A DNA stretch of 64,000 nt, taken from the NCBI RefSeq assembly GCF_006345805.1, contig NC_043004.1, positions 89,528,001 through 89,592,000 on the forward strand, given 5' to 3'. Below the pieces are notes generated by a model. The model was not told where the DNA came from, did no database searches, and saw nothing but the letters and a program-made list of their open reading frames with translations. This document shows, in pieces, positions 34,102 to 46,193 of this stretch. Positions within the stretch are counted from its first letter, which is position 1. Each line of letters starts with the position of its first letter. The position numbers and the translations under genes are program-made. The DNA comes from Octopus sinensis. Taxonomy: Eukaryota.

Positions 34102-35775
34102 ATGGAAGATGAACTGAATGAGAGTCAGGTCCATAATGAAACACAGCCTGATGATAATAATGTTTCTCATCAAACAGAGAAGGCATCATACATGTGTGAC
34201 ATCTGTGGAAAGTCTTTTAAATTTAGAAGACATTTAATTCAACATCACTCTGTTCACAAAAGCCAGAAACCATACAAATGTGATGTTTGTGGTAAAACAT
34301 ACTCTTTAAATAGTAGTTTATATAAACACACACTTTCTCACACAGGAGAGAAACCATACCATTGTGATATCTGTGGTCAAAATTTCTCTGTTAAATATTC
34401 TTTAACTTTACATAAACGTATTCACACAGGTGAAAAGCCATATCACTGTGATATCTGTGGTAAAAGGTTCTCTGTTAGTAGTTCAGTAACGGTGCACAAA
34501 GTTATTCACACAGGCCAGAAACCATACCATTGTGATATCTGTGGTAAAGCATTCAGTTTCAGTTCCTATCTATCTAAACATAAACGTCTTCACACAGGGG
34601 AGAAGCCATGCTGCTGTGATATTTGTGGTAAGACATTCACACAAATTTCTCATTTAAAAACTCATACACGTGTTCACACAGGAGAAAAACCGTATCACTG
34701 TGATGTTTGTGGCAAAAAGTTCTCTACAAATGAACATTTATCTAGTCACAAATATGTTCACACAGGGGTAAAACGATATCACTGTGATATTTGTGGTAAA
34801 GCATTCCCCCGAAGTGGCAATTTAAAGATCCATAAATTTCTTCATACAGGAGAAAAACCTTATCACTGTGATATATGTGGAAAAAACTTCTCTACAAATG
34901 ATTATTTATCCAACCACAAACGCATTCATTCAAAGGTAAAAACCTGCCGTTGTGATATTTGTGGTAAAGCATTCTCTCGAAATAGGGATTTATTGACACA
35001 TAATCGCATTCACACAGGTGAGAAACCATATCATTGTGATGTTTGTGGTAAATCATTTACTATAAGTGGTCATTTAACTAAACACAAACGTATTCACACA
35101 GGGGAGAAACCATTCCATTGCAGTATCTGTGGAAAAAACTTTGCTAGAAGTGGATATTTATCCCAACATAGACGTATTCACACAGGAGAGAAACCATTTC
35201 ACTGTGATATCTGTGGTAAAAATTTCGCTTTAAGTGGATCTTTAACCAAACATAAACGTATTCACACAGGTGAAAAACCATTCCATTGTGATATCTGTGG
35301 TAAAACTTTCTCTGAAAGTAGTTCTGTAATATCTCATAAACGTGTTCACACTGGAGAAAAGCCATATCATTGTGATATCTGTGGAAAAACATTCACTGCT
35401 AGTAATTCATTATCTGCACATCAAACTATTCACACAGGAGAGAAACCATACGGCTGTGATATATGTGGTAAAGCTTTCTCGCGATCTGGTAATTTATTGA
35501 GACATAAACATATTCACACAGGACATAAACCATATCAGTGTGACATATGTGATAAAACGTTCTCTTGCAGTTCTTACTTAGATAAGCACAAACATGTTCA
35601 CAATGGAGACAAGCCATACCATTGTGACATCTGCGGTAAATCATTTTCTCAAAATAATCATTTATTGAATCATAGACATATTCATACAGGCGACAAACCT
35701 TATCACTGTGGTCTTTGTGGTAAAACATTCTCTCAACAAAGTACTTTGTCTGTCCACAAACGTTTACACAATTGA
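34102..35775 (+). CDS. Poly-C2H2 zinc-finger protein, copy 4 (557 aa, 19 fingers)
   Basis: Intact ORF with leader MEDELNESQVHNE...; acceptor tttcAG at 33909-33910. Confidence 0.95.
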   Translation: MEDELNESQVHNETQPDDNNVSHQTEKASYMCDICGKSFKFRRHLIQHHSVHKSQKPYKCDVCGKTYSLNSSLYKHTLSHTGEKPYHCDICGQNFSVKYSLTLHKRIHTGEKPYHCDICGKRFSVSSSVTVHKVIHTGQKPYHCDICGKAFSFSSYLSKHKRLHTGEKPCCCDICGKTFTQISHLKTHTRVHTGEKPYHCDVCGKKFSTNEHLSSHKYVHTGVKRYHCDICGKAFPRSGNLKIHKFLHTGEKPYHCDICGKNFSTNDYLSNHKRIHSKVKTCRCDICGKAFSRNRDLLTHNRIHTGEKPYHCDVCGKSFTISGHLTKHKRIHTGEKPFHCSICGKNFARSGYLSQHRRIHTGEKPFHCDICGKNFALSGSLTKHKRIHTGEKPFHCDICGKTFSESSSVISHKRVHTGEKPYHCDICGKTFTASNSLSAHQTIHTGEKPYGCDICGKAFSRSGNLLRHKHIHTGHKPYQCDICDKTFSCSSYLDKHKHVHNGDKPYHCDICGKSFSQNNHLLNHRHIHTGDKPYHCGLCGKTFSQQSTLSVHKRLHN

Positions 35776-36779
35776 GAATCTATGCACCGTTGATATTTCT
35801 GTTAGTAGATTGTCACACTAAGCTTTTTGTAATGAGTCGGCCTGTAACCATTTATATTTTTATTGAGAATATCAACCAAGCATTTTGTAGAGACTTCAAT
35901 AAATTTAGATCTTTAGAAAATATTATAGTATCAGTGAAAGGGAATTTCTGCTTGAAGCTGGTGAATTTATATTGCATCCAACTTTCAACTTTAAAACAGA
36001 CACATCTGAAAATATTGATATCAAGCTACATGTTAATAATAATGTCCATTTAACTTTTCGTTGAATTTTTCAATAAAATATTAATTTTTTATGGAACTTC
36101 TAGTGTCACAGTCTTTTTAAAAGTTCTTACATTACAGATATCAACAGATGTTCACTCAATGGAATTTTGCCGTTCAAAATATAAGGGACATTGGCATGTT
36201 TGACTTTAAAATTTATTCTTGTCTGTGATGATGCCATGATAAAAGCACCAGTGATGGTACCCTGAAAAAAAAAAAGGATTGGTGATAGTGTCACATAAAA
36301 AACACTGGTGTTAGTACCACATGTAAAGTACTGATGCTGGTTATATGTAAAAAGCACCCAGTACATGGTATAAAGTGGTTGGTGTTAAGAAGGGCATCCA
36401 GCCATAGAAACCATGCAAAAATTAACAATGGGGCCTGGTGCAGCCCTTGGCCTTACCAGCTCCCATCAAGCCCTTACTAGCATGGAAAATGGACATTAAA
36501 TGATGATAATTATGGAGGTGTGCTGTTACCTGTGTGTGTATGTATATACAAAAGTATGTGTTGTATTGTTATTTTTAGTATGTGCAATATTCATTATGCA
36601 ACCTCACTTGTAACAAATGTGATTGCTCCCACATAAAGACTGCTCCAACTAATGTGTTTATACTCCAAGCTGCTGACTCATGCCAACAACCCACACTGCC
36701 ATTTGTAGTAATCTATACAAAGAATTGATATTGCTGAACATATCGGGTCGAAGACCCGACAAATGAAGTGAGTTCATGG

Positions 36780-37220
36780 CTCGCAGGGCGGCCTGCAGTG
36801 CTAACCTTGGATTGTAGAGTGACCTGCTGTTCTTGAGGAGACCTATTGAGTCAAGTACATCAACATCAAAATAAAAATTCAAATAGAAATTGTAGTTAAG
36901 ACACCCGTGCCGGTGACACGTAAAAAGCACCGTCCGAACGTGGAAGATGCCAGCGCCGCCTGACTGGTGTCCATGTTGGTGACATGTAAAAGTACCAACC
37001 GATTGTGGCTGTTTGCCAACCTGCTCTGGCCCCTGTGCCGGTAGCATGTAAAAAGCACCCACTACACTCACGGAGTGGTTGGCGTTAGGAAGGGCATCCA
37101 GCTGTAGAAACACTGCCAGATCAGACTGGAGCCTGGTGCAGCCTCCATGGCTTCCAGACCCCAGTCGAACCGTCCAACCCATGCTAGCATGGAAAATGGA
37201 TGTTAAATGATGATGATGAC
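36780..37220 (+). mobile_element. RTE LINE 3' UTR fragment
   Basis: CACGTAAAAAGCAC repeats, GGCGTTAGGAAGGGCATCCAGCTG and a (GAT)n tail. Additional fragments near 33000, 36270, 37790 and 38110. Confidence 0.8.
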
Positions 37221-39630
37221 GACTGTGATGCCAACATCCTGCCTGTACACATGGACTTAAAAATTCAGAAGATGCCTTGTGTTGTTTTAGCAGAATTGAT
37301 ACTACTTGACCTGAACTAACCAATAGAAGCCACCTTGAATTCCTGTCAAATCTACTCTACTTCTAGCTTCTGATGAGATGGACATTTCCTGTGAGCCAAT
37401 GATATTTTTAGTTGTGGAACTGTCTCAAACTTTCATAATTATATAAATATGTGCATGTATGTGTGTGTGTGTGCCAGTTATCAGTGTAAGACTTAGATTT
37501 TGAGAAGGAAAAACTAAAAGTCATGAAGTCAACAAGGAGTCTTAACTGTGCCTACTAAACATAACTCAGTCTAACACTACTTGTCTTTATATGGAATTCT
37601 GTGGGTGTGTGATGTATCTACATTATAACAGTACTTTTCATTCACAATCTGGTAAGTATTAAAGTTTAGAAACATTTTGCTTATCTTTAGATTTGGAGAT
37701 TAAAAACTACTTGTTTCTGGGATGCAGAATATGTTATGAACTTACTAAGAGTTTAGGACTTTTTGTATTTTATTTCTTATAAATAATGAATAGGTGTGGA
37801 TCACTGGATCCTGTCAAACTCTCCAACTCATGCCAGCATGGAAAATGGATGTATAATGAAGATGATGAGGTACCTAATCATGCTCTGTTTTACAGTTTCG
37901 TGTTCAGTATTTTATAAAATATGTGCGGTAAGAAGTTTGCTTCACAAGCACATGGTTCAAGGTTCAGTTTCATTGTGGAACTTTGGGCAAGTGTCTTCTG
38001 CTGTAGTCCCCGGGCTGACCAAAGCCTTGCAAATGGATTGAACCTTACAATATGTGGTGCATCGCTGTACTTGAGAAGACCTGCCAACCACAATAGGATT
38101 CAGATCTAAAAAACAAGGTACCGTGTAAAATGCATTGATGTGGGTGCTGGTGCCACATAAAAAGCACTGGTGATGGTGCCATGTGAAAAGCATCCAGTAC
38201 ACTCTGTGGATTTGTGGGTGTTAGGAAGGGCATCCAGCTGTAGAAACTAAGCCAAAACAGGCTATGAAACCTGGTGCAGCACCTGGCCTTGTCATTTCCT
38301 GTCAAACCAATGCCAGCATGGAAAATAGATGTTAAATGTTGATGATGATGATGTTGATATGTCTGTGTCTGTGTCAGTGTCTCCTTGCGTTCACACCATG
38401 TGATAGTTGTAAATGAATATCACTGTTATGCTTGTGGTGTCCTCTGTTCTCAATCTTCCATGAGAAAACGTGTCTGGTTTGGGGGAAGTATGACCTTACT
38501 TGGAAATAGGTGAAGGTCAGTGCCGAGAAGGACATATCTGCTACAACAAAATCCCATCCAACCCATGTGAGCAAAGAATAGTGAGCATAAAAATAATGAG
38601 AGAAATCTATGCACATCGCACACAAGAAAAATTAGGTTTTAGAAATTATAGAATATGATAGTGCTGTTCATATAGAACAGAAGTGGAAATTATCTGGTGT
38701 TCCAATAACCATAATCAACCATCTTCTGTTATAGCTTCAGGCTGACCAAAGCCTTGTGAGTGGATTTAGTAGACAGAAACTGTGAGAAGCCTGTCATATA
38801 TATATGTATATATTTATGTGTTTGTCCCCCAACCCTTGCTTGATAATTGATGCTGGTATGTTTATGTTGCCGTAACTTAGCAGTTTGGCAAAAGAGACCA
38901 AGAGAATATGTACCAGGCTTACAAAAAATAAGTCCTGGGGTTGATTTCTTTGACTTAATGGCGATGTTCCAGCATGGCCGCAGTCAAATGACTGAAACAA
39001 ATAAAAGAAAAAATGCAGATGGTGAGTTTAGATGTTCCCTTTTTTTTTAGCTTTGGTATTCTTTGGGATTTATATTTCAAACTTCTGACATGATTCTTCA
39101 GAAATACCTTTATCTTTCATTTGTTTGTCATTGGACTGAGGAGCTCCAGCATAGTCAAACTGATCAAACTTCTGCCAAGTACTTATTTTTTACATTTTAA
39201 GTCGGGTACTGCTGTCAATATCTTTTGCTGAACTGCTAATGTTATGGGGACATAAACAAACTGACACCAGTTGCCAAGTGATGGGGAAGTAAAAAGGCAC
39301 ACACACACACACACACATATGACTGTCTCCTTATAGTTCCATCTACCAAGTTCCTTCACAAGGCATTGGTCAGCTTGGAGCTAGAGCAGAAAACTTGCCT
39401 ATGCAATGCAATGGGACTGAACCTGAAGCCACATGGCTGCAAAGTAAACTTCTTAATTGCACATGCCTGCTTAACTTCTTAAAAGAGTCAGCCATGTGTC
39501 CATCAATATAATGATTGTCCTGAATTTTCGAGGAATACGTTAAGAGATGGGGATAGTGAATATAAAGTTGAAGTGATGTTATTTATATTTGTCTTTGCCA
39601 TATGTAGTCATCAATTTAAAAATTGCCTGA

Positions 39631-39850
39631 TGGATCTTTTCTCTTTGAACAGCAGATTGAGAAATTAATTTTTTGTAACTAAACACTTTCAAACTTCGGA
39701 CACTGGTAGAATGTGTCATACAAAACATCTTTTACTCTTAGCGTCTTTGAGAAAAGTTTCTATTTACAAAGTTATTTCGTGTTAAAGTTGACATGTTTCA
39801 GTAATTTCAACCAATCAATGACGTGTATTCAGCTGAATAAAATTACTGCC
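39631..39850. mobile_element. Partial MITE related to 59112-59534
   Basis: GGATCTTTT...GTAACTAAACACTTTCAAACTTCG...TTTCAACCAATCAATGACGT aligns with 59113-59310. Confidence 0.6.
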
Positions 39851-40479
39851 GTTGTTTGTCAACAACAACTATCAGCAGTGTATATGAAGGCTATTGAACC
39901 AGAAACCATTGTCCATGGTTGTCCTCTTGTCTCCAGACAATCAATCAGTTTTGGAGCAATTCTCATATCTTGAGATTATTTCTCTTTCTCAAGTGGTACT
40001 GGTTATAATTTCCATTTGGCAATTATGAGACTTAGGTAATTTTGATATATCAAGAATTTTTGTGATAAAATATTTAACAAACCAGAATTGGTCTGTGTTA
40101 TTGAAAGCCACGTATCACTTGGAGTTATAGCTCATTTTTGTTACACAGGTATGGCTGTGTGATAAGAAGCTTGCTTCCGGTATAACTTTTATTTAGTTCG
40201 ACTGCTGTATTTGTGAGTAACACGTTTTTTGGTTGTCTTAGTGGTGCAACGTTTTCCCTCTGGCTTAATGGTGGGGCATAGGGTAATAAGTTGTGAGGAT
40301 TTGAATTCTTCTTCTTCAGACTTTGTGTCGTCTGAGGAAGAAATAGTGAGATGTTTGAAGAAGATTGATGCAGTAATAGAAACAAGGAATTGGACTGCAG
40401 TGGCAAAGGGAAAAATTGAAGACATAAGTCTGGAAGAGCTGAGCAAGTTCAAGGAAAACTTAAAAGGGAGGGGAATGGC

Positions 40480-41547
40480 GTGAAAGTGTTCCCCTGCAAA
40501 GAAATGTTAAAGGATAAGGAAGAGAGAACAATTGTTTACAGGACATATGCAGTGGCAACAAGAAAAATAGAAGTGGTGTTGGATGCACAAGTTGAAAAAG
40601 CGTTGAGGCCAGCTTGGCAAGGGATTTCTTACCTTGCCAGAAGAAAGAAGTTTGGAACAGTGGAGGTGCAGTTCTGGGAGGTATCTACCATCAGGCTGTA
40701 CTCAGCAACACCATTAAAAACAGATGAAGTGGTGCTTCTACCTGCATAACTTGGGAGGTGTGTGTCAAGGATTAGAGTAGAAGACATGCCCTCAGAAGTG
40801 GATGTAGCCTGGCTAGTAGCTGCCATACTGCTAGGCATGGAAGAAAAGATAGTGGTCCTGCAGACCATCAGAACACCCTACAGAAACTGGTAAGAGCAGA
40901 GCCTGGACATGGTAGTACAGGTGGCCCCAGAGGATATTGAAGGTATGGTGGAAACCATTACGGTCGCAGACATGACACTGAAAGTTAGAGTGGAAGGGAG
41001 GATTCCGCGGTGCTATAAATTTGGCCTGAAAGGCTACATTAGAGCAGATTGTCCCTCACCACATGTGAAGGCTAAGGAAAGGCAAGAGAGTGAGAAAGTA
41101 GTTGATACTCCACTGCCCATGGAAGCTGAGGAGGAAACTGAACTGGCACAGCAGATGCAAACAAGTACCAGCGTCGAGGAAGAGGAGAACACCAGCTGGG
41201 AAATGAATGGCAGGAAAAAAAAGAAGGAAGAGGAGAAAAAAGACACATGTGGTAAAGGACAACCCCAACCCACACCCACCTGGCTCCCACCCACACCCCC
41301 ACTATCTACAATCACCAATTCTTCCCATACCCCACCTGACATAAACACAAGCACAAACACACAGGAGCCCCAAATTTTCCCACCCTGGCCCCTGGATAAA
41401 TTTGTAATATTGTATAACAGGAAAAAGGGAGAACTTTGTTATGAGATAAAGACATGGGACAGAGCAATAGAAGTGGACATAACAAGGGTGGAGGGGAGTA
41501 GCCCAAGGATGTTTGCTGTACAGTGGCGGACCCGGAATACCTCTTGA
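40480..41547 (+). pseudogene. Gag-like ORF1 of a non-LTR retrotransposon (L1/Tx1-like), two in-frame stops
   Basis: ORFs 40480-40749 and 40909-41547 are in one frame, separated by TAA 40747 and TAA 40891. They contain the degenerate zinc knuckle RCYKFGLKGYIRADCP followed by an acidic/basic low-complexity tail. Confidence 0.6.
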
Positions 41548-41825
41548 GATTAAGGAATTACGAGGAAGAAATTAACATTGATTGGTGGGTTACGAAGATG
41601 GATATCAGCAAAATACCTAAAAGGGCCAGTTATACATATATTTTGATGGAATTTGACATAGACATTTTCCCAAAAAGTGGAAACTAGCTGTTACAAAGGT
41701 ATTATAAATGTTAGTATAAATTAATGTTTTCAACAAAAAAGGTAAAAAAAAGGTTATATTAACAGGTTCAAAGAAGTTGCTTGGAGGTGGGAGCCAAACA
41801 GCTTCATTCCATTTTTTCATTAAAG

Positions 41826-43170
41826 AATAGTGCTAGAATAAGAATAGCCTGGGCAAAGTTTAGGGAGCTCTTACCTCTGCTGGTGACTAAAGGCCTCTCG
41901 CTCAGAGTAAAAGGCAGACTGTATGATGCGTGTGTACGAACAGCCATGCTACATGGCAGCGAAACATGGGCTGTGACTGCTGAGGACATGCGTAAGCTCG
42001 TGAGGAATGAAGCCAGTATGCTCCGATGGATGTGTAATGTCAGTGTACATACTCGACAGAGCGTTAGCACCTTGAGAGAAATGTTGTACCTAAGAAGCAT
42101 CAGTTGTGGTGTGCAAGAGAGACGATTGCGCTGGTATGGTCATGTGGCGAGAATGGATGAAGATAGGTGTGTGAGAAAGTGCCAATCCCTAGCAGTTGAG
42201 GGAACCCGTGGAAGAGGTAGACCAAGGAAAAACCTGGGACGAGGTGGTGAAGCACGACCTTCGAAATTTAGGCCTCACTGAGGAAATGACCAGAGACCGA
42301 GACCTTTGGAAATATTCTGTACGTGAGAAGACCAGGCAGGACAAGTGAGCCCAGCCCACTTATGAATTCCTTTCCTCCCTGGACACAAGACCGGTTGAGG
42401 CAAGCGAAGTCGATATAGAACCTCATCCGACGACAGACACCATCCCACCCCCCATGCTTGCGAAGACATGTTGGGGCAAGCGAAATCGAAATCGAAATCG
42501 AAACCGAATTGAACCAGCCAGGATCCCTGGCCTGGTGGTACGTAAAAAGCACTATCCGACTCGGGGCCGTGGCACGTAAAATACTCCAATGCGACCGTAC
42601 GACAGGCACCCATGCCAACCCCCTTTGCTTGTGAAGACATGTTGGGGCAAGCGAATCGAAATCGAATTGAACCAGCCAGGATCCCTGGTCTGGTGGTACG
42701 TAAAAAGCACTATCCGACTCGTGGCCGTGGCACGTAAAATACTCCAATGCGACCGTACGACAGGCACCCTTGCCAACCCCCTTTGCTTGTGAAGACATGT
42801 TGGGGCAAGCGAATCGAAATCGAATTGAACCAGCCAGGATCCCTGGTCTGGTGGTACGTAAAAAGCACTATCCGACTCGTGGCCGATGCCAGCACCGCCT
42901 CGACTGGCTTCCGTGCCGGTGGCACATAAAATACACCAATCTGACCGTGGCCGTTGCCAGCCCCGCCTGGCACCGTGCAGGTGGCACGTAAAAAGCACCC
43001 ACTACACTCACGGAGTGGTTGGCGTTAGGAAGGGCATCCAGCTGTAGAAACATTGCCAAATTAGACTGGAGCCTGGTGCAGCCTTCTGGCTTCCCAGAAC
43101 CCCGGTCGAACCGTCCAACCCATGCTAGCATGGAGAACGGACGTTAAACGACGATGATGATGATGATGAT
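41826..43170 (+). mobile_element. 5'-truncated RTE-clade LINE (RT C-terminus + 3' UTR)
   Basis: ARIRIAWAKFRELLPLL...AMLHGSETWAV...RRLRWYGHVARM...GRGRPRK; the 3' UTR has ~158-bp tandem repeats and a (GAT)n tail. Confidence 0.92.
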
Positions 43171-43261
43171 TCAATTCATCTTTTCCATTCGTTTTTTTTT
43201 TTTTGTCCCCACCTTGTGCTGTCCCCTCTATGTACGGCTTTCATGGCCAATTTTATAGAAT

Positions 43262-43402
43262 AAAGGAGCTTGCTTCCCAACAACATTGTTCTGGGTTCAG
43301 TCCCACTGCTTGGCACCTTGGGTAAATGTCTTCTGCTATAGCCTCGGGCTGACTAAAGTCTTGTGAGTGGACTTGGAAACTGAAAGAAGCCCGTCGTATA
43401 TA

Positions 43403-43442
<40 letters not shown>

Positions 43443-43530
43443 ATATATGCATATACATTTTTTTATTTATGTATTTTGGTTTGTGTCTATCACTGTTTGA
43501 GTTGCATAATAGTAGTTTTATCTCTAATTC

Positions 43531-43562
<32 letters not shown>

Positions 43563-43790
43563 ATTGTGTCTGCGTTTGTCCCCCACCCTCACCATTGCTT
43601 GACAACCGATGTTAGTGTGTTAGTGTGTTAACGTTCCCGTAACTTACACACACACCCACACTTGGCAGTCCAGCAAAAATGACCGACGAATAAGTACTAG
43701 GCTAACAAAGAATAAGTCCTGGGGTCGATTTGTTCGACTAAAGGCGTTGCTCCAGCATGGCCACAGTCAAACGACCGAAACAAACAAAAG
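43262..43790 (+). mobile_element. SINE (family B) with internal (TA)n
   Basis: GCTTGCTTCCCAAC...AGAAGCCCGTCG(TA)n...CCAGCATGGCCACAGTCAAACGACCGAAAC. Confidence 0.75.
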
Positions 43791-43941
43791 CTATACAGCT
43801 ATATATAGAGAGAGAGAAAGAAAGAGAGGGATCCATCTATTTATTAATATATGTATACGCATGTATGTGTGTGGGACAGGATATCTTTTTTCCACACTGC
43901 TCACACGCACATTCATGACCATCCCATTCATATATAATTGT

Positions 43942-44034
43942 AAACATCCGGTTCCGGCACGCCATCTTCCTACGTTTGTTTCTTATTATTTACACAGCTC
44001 TGCATCTGAACACCCTTTCATGTACAAGGTATGG
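43942..44034 (+). promoter_or_regulatory. Conserved module A of ZNF copy 5
   Basis: AAACATCCGGTTCCGG at 43942, CGCCATCTT (YY1-like) at 43960 and AAG|GTATGG with GT at 44029. Confidence 0.6.
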
Positions 44035-44209
44035 ACACGACTAAGTTTTATTTATCTATATATACAATATGTAATATTTTGCTTTCCCCAGCTAAACCGA
44101 GCCCCAGTCCATCAAGTGTTCATTCAATTTCGTATTTCGTTCCTTTTCTCCCAATACGTCGTTATTCATTCCGTCTCTCTGTCCCTTGCATCGACTCTTT
44201 TAATCTCTT

Positions 44210-44530
44210 ATTTGTTTCAGTCATTTTGACTGCGGCCATGCTGGAGCACCGCCTGTAGTCGAACAAATAGACCCCAAGATTTATTCTTTACTAGCTTAGT
44301 TCTTATTCCATTAGTCTCTTTTGATGTAAACACACAAGCTTCGGTTGGGAGGACAAACACAGACACACAAACATATATACATATATACGACGGGTTTCCA
44401 GCTACCAAATCCACTCACAAGGCTTTGGTCGGCCCGAAGCTATGATAGAACACACTTGCCCAAGGTGTCACGCAGTGGGACTGAACCCGGAAGCATGTGG
44501 TTGGTAAATAAGCTACTTACCACACAGCCA
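44210..44530 (-). mobile_element. SINE (family B), reverse orientation
   Basis: TTTGTTTCAGTCATTTTGACTGCGGCCATGCTGGAG...GGACTGAACCCGGAAGCATGTGGTTGG. Confidence 0.75.
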
Positions 44531-44693
44531 TCATATTTTTCTGTCATTCTTGCCATCCAAGGATGGAACAGAGTCTTTCTCTTCCGATCTCCTTTGATTT
44601 TTAAATGACTTATAGAATTACAATTTTACTGTTATTCTACAAATGCAAAAACGACCACAATATTAGTAATTCTGAGTACGTTATTTTAAACTA

Positions 44694-44950
44694 GAGAATA
44701 CTGATTCGAAAGTGAGTACATTTGAATATGTTTTAATTAGCCAATAATAATATATCTTCTAATCTAGGAGATATAACAGGAAAGACTTTATCGGACGGAG
44801 AATATAGGGTTTTAGTATTATAAACAAGAGAACAGACCGCCCCCCTTTCACCATTTTTCATATATAATTAAACATTGAAAGACAAGAGTGATTTCCCTTG
44901 TATATCTCAGATTGTGGATTAAACCGCAACGACCCTGCTCGATATAAATA
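44694..44950 (+). promoter_or_regulatory. Conserved module B of ZNF copy 5
   Basis: GAGAATACTGATT at 44694, CCGCC at 44837, CACCATTTTT at 44849 and GACAAGAGTGATTTCCC at 44881. Confidence 0.65.
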
Positions 44951-46193
44951 AAGCTATGTACTTTTTCACAGCATACCTAATGACGAGCGTAATACAATAT
45001 CTTAATACAGAACGAATATTGTGTAGACTTCATTAAAAAATCCGGTACTAGTATCGTAGAGTGGTATTGTTAATGAGATAAGCTTTTAAAAGAAAACGAA
45101 GGTGATAGTCTTTGAAAAATTCTTTGACAAAAAGAATCTTTTCTGAAGGTTGCCACCATTATCTACATGACCGCGAATCTCACAGTGGTGTCCATTTCCA
45201 TAGTAACAAGCAAAGCTGTAGTCTGCCCTGTTTTCATTGTAACAAAGACGCGTTGTACTTAGCACGACTGTGACACGTTCATCACCACAAGTTTTGATGA
45301 GCGATATTTTGTGCCTGGGCCATTTCTGTCGATTTCTAATAGACAGAAATTTCTAATAAACAGAAAATGCAAGCTTCCCATTCTTGTTTTCTGACTGGAA
45401 TAAAAATTATCAAACTTTGAAACTCTGTATCATTTGTGTAAGTTTTTTTTGGTGAACAAACGAGTCCCAAATTCGGATTCAGTGTGAAAAATTGCATCCA
45501 TATTTCAAATTCGAAAAATTTCAATCAATTTGATAATTTCCAAATCTGTGACTAGCTGAAAAAATTTGATAAAAGTAATTGATGCAAGGTCTGTTGTTCT
45601 TAATTTAATGATAAGGGATACTATGATACCTGCTGGTATTGCAACAGTATTTGGTCCATTATCTCCTCCATACCTGTGGTAACACTCAACAAATTATGAT
45701 AGTGTGTACCATCACTAAATAAAGTGATTTCCTTTCTCTTTGAATAAATCATTGGCCTCAGTCACAGATTCTTGTGTTTTACAGATGTAGTAATGACTGA
45801 TTACATCAGTGAGTGATATTGATTACTCATTTGGTTGACATCACTCATTTCAGTCATCCTCATACCATTGTTTCTTTGCTCTGGGTGTATATATATCCTG
45901 TCTCTCTTAACATTTGTTTTCAATATCGATGGTCAGAAATCTCTTCCTTCAGTGTCAGCATCATATTGTTGTTTCTATCATATTCTCTTTATATATTTCA
46001 GGATATATGATGGTATCAAAACTTTGAAGAGTGAAGAATGGCATTATCAAAGATACAGGGAATCATGTTTCACAAAAATCACATTGAAGAAACTGTACCC
46101 TAATTTTGAAAATAAAGAAGAATAAAAGAATTATTTCTCTGTTGAGAATTACAGGATAAGGTTTTCTACTTTTCTGAAGGAGATTTGAAAATT

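Noticed and set aside
42455-42890. CRISPR-like regular repeats (also the ~150-bp subrepeats at 9360-9830)
   Set aside because: The units are contiguous tandem copies without unique spacers, there are no cas genes and the context is eukaryotic.
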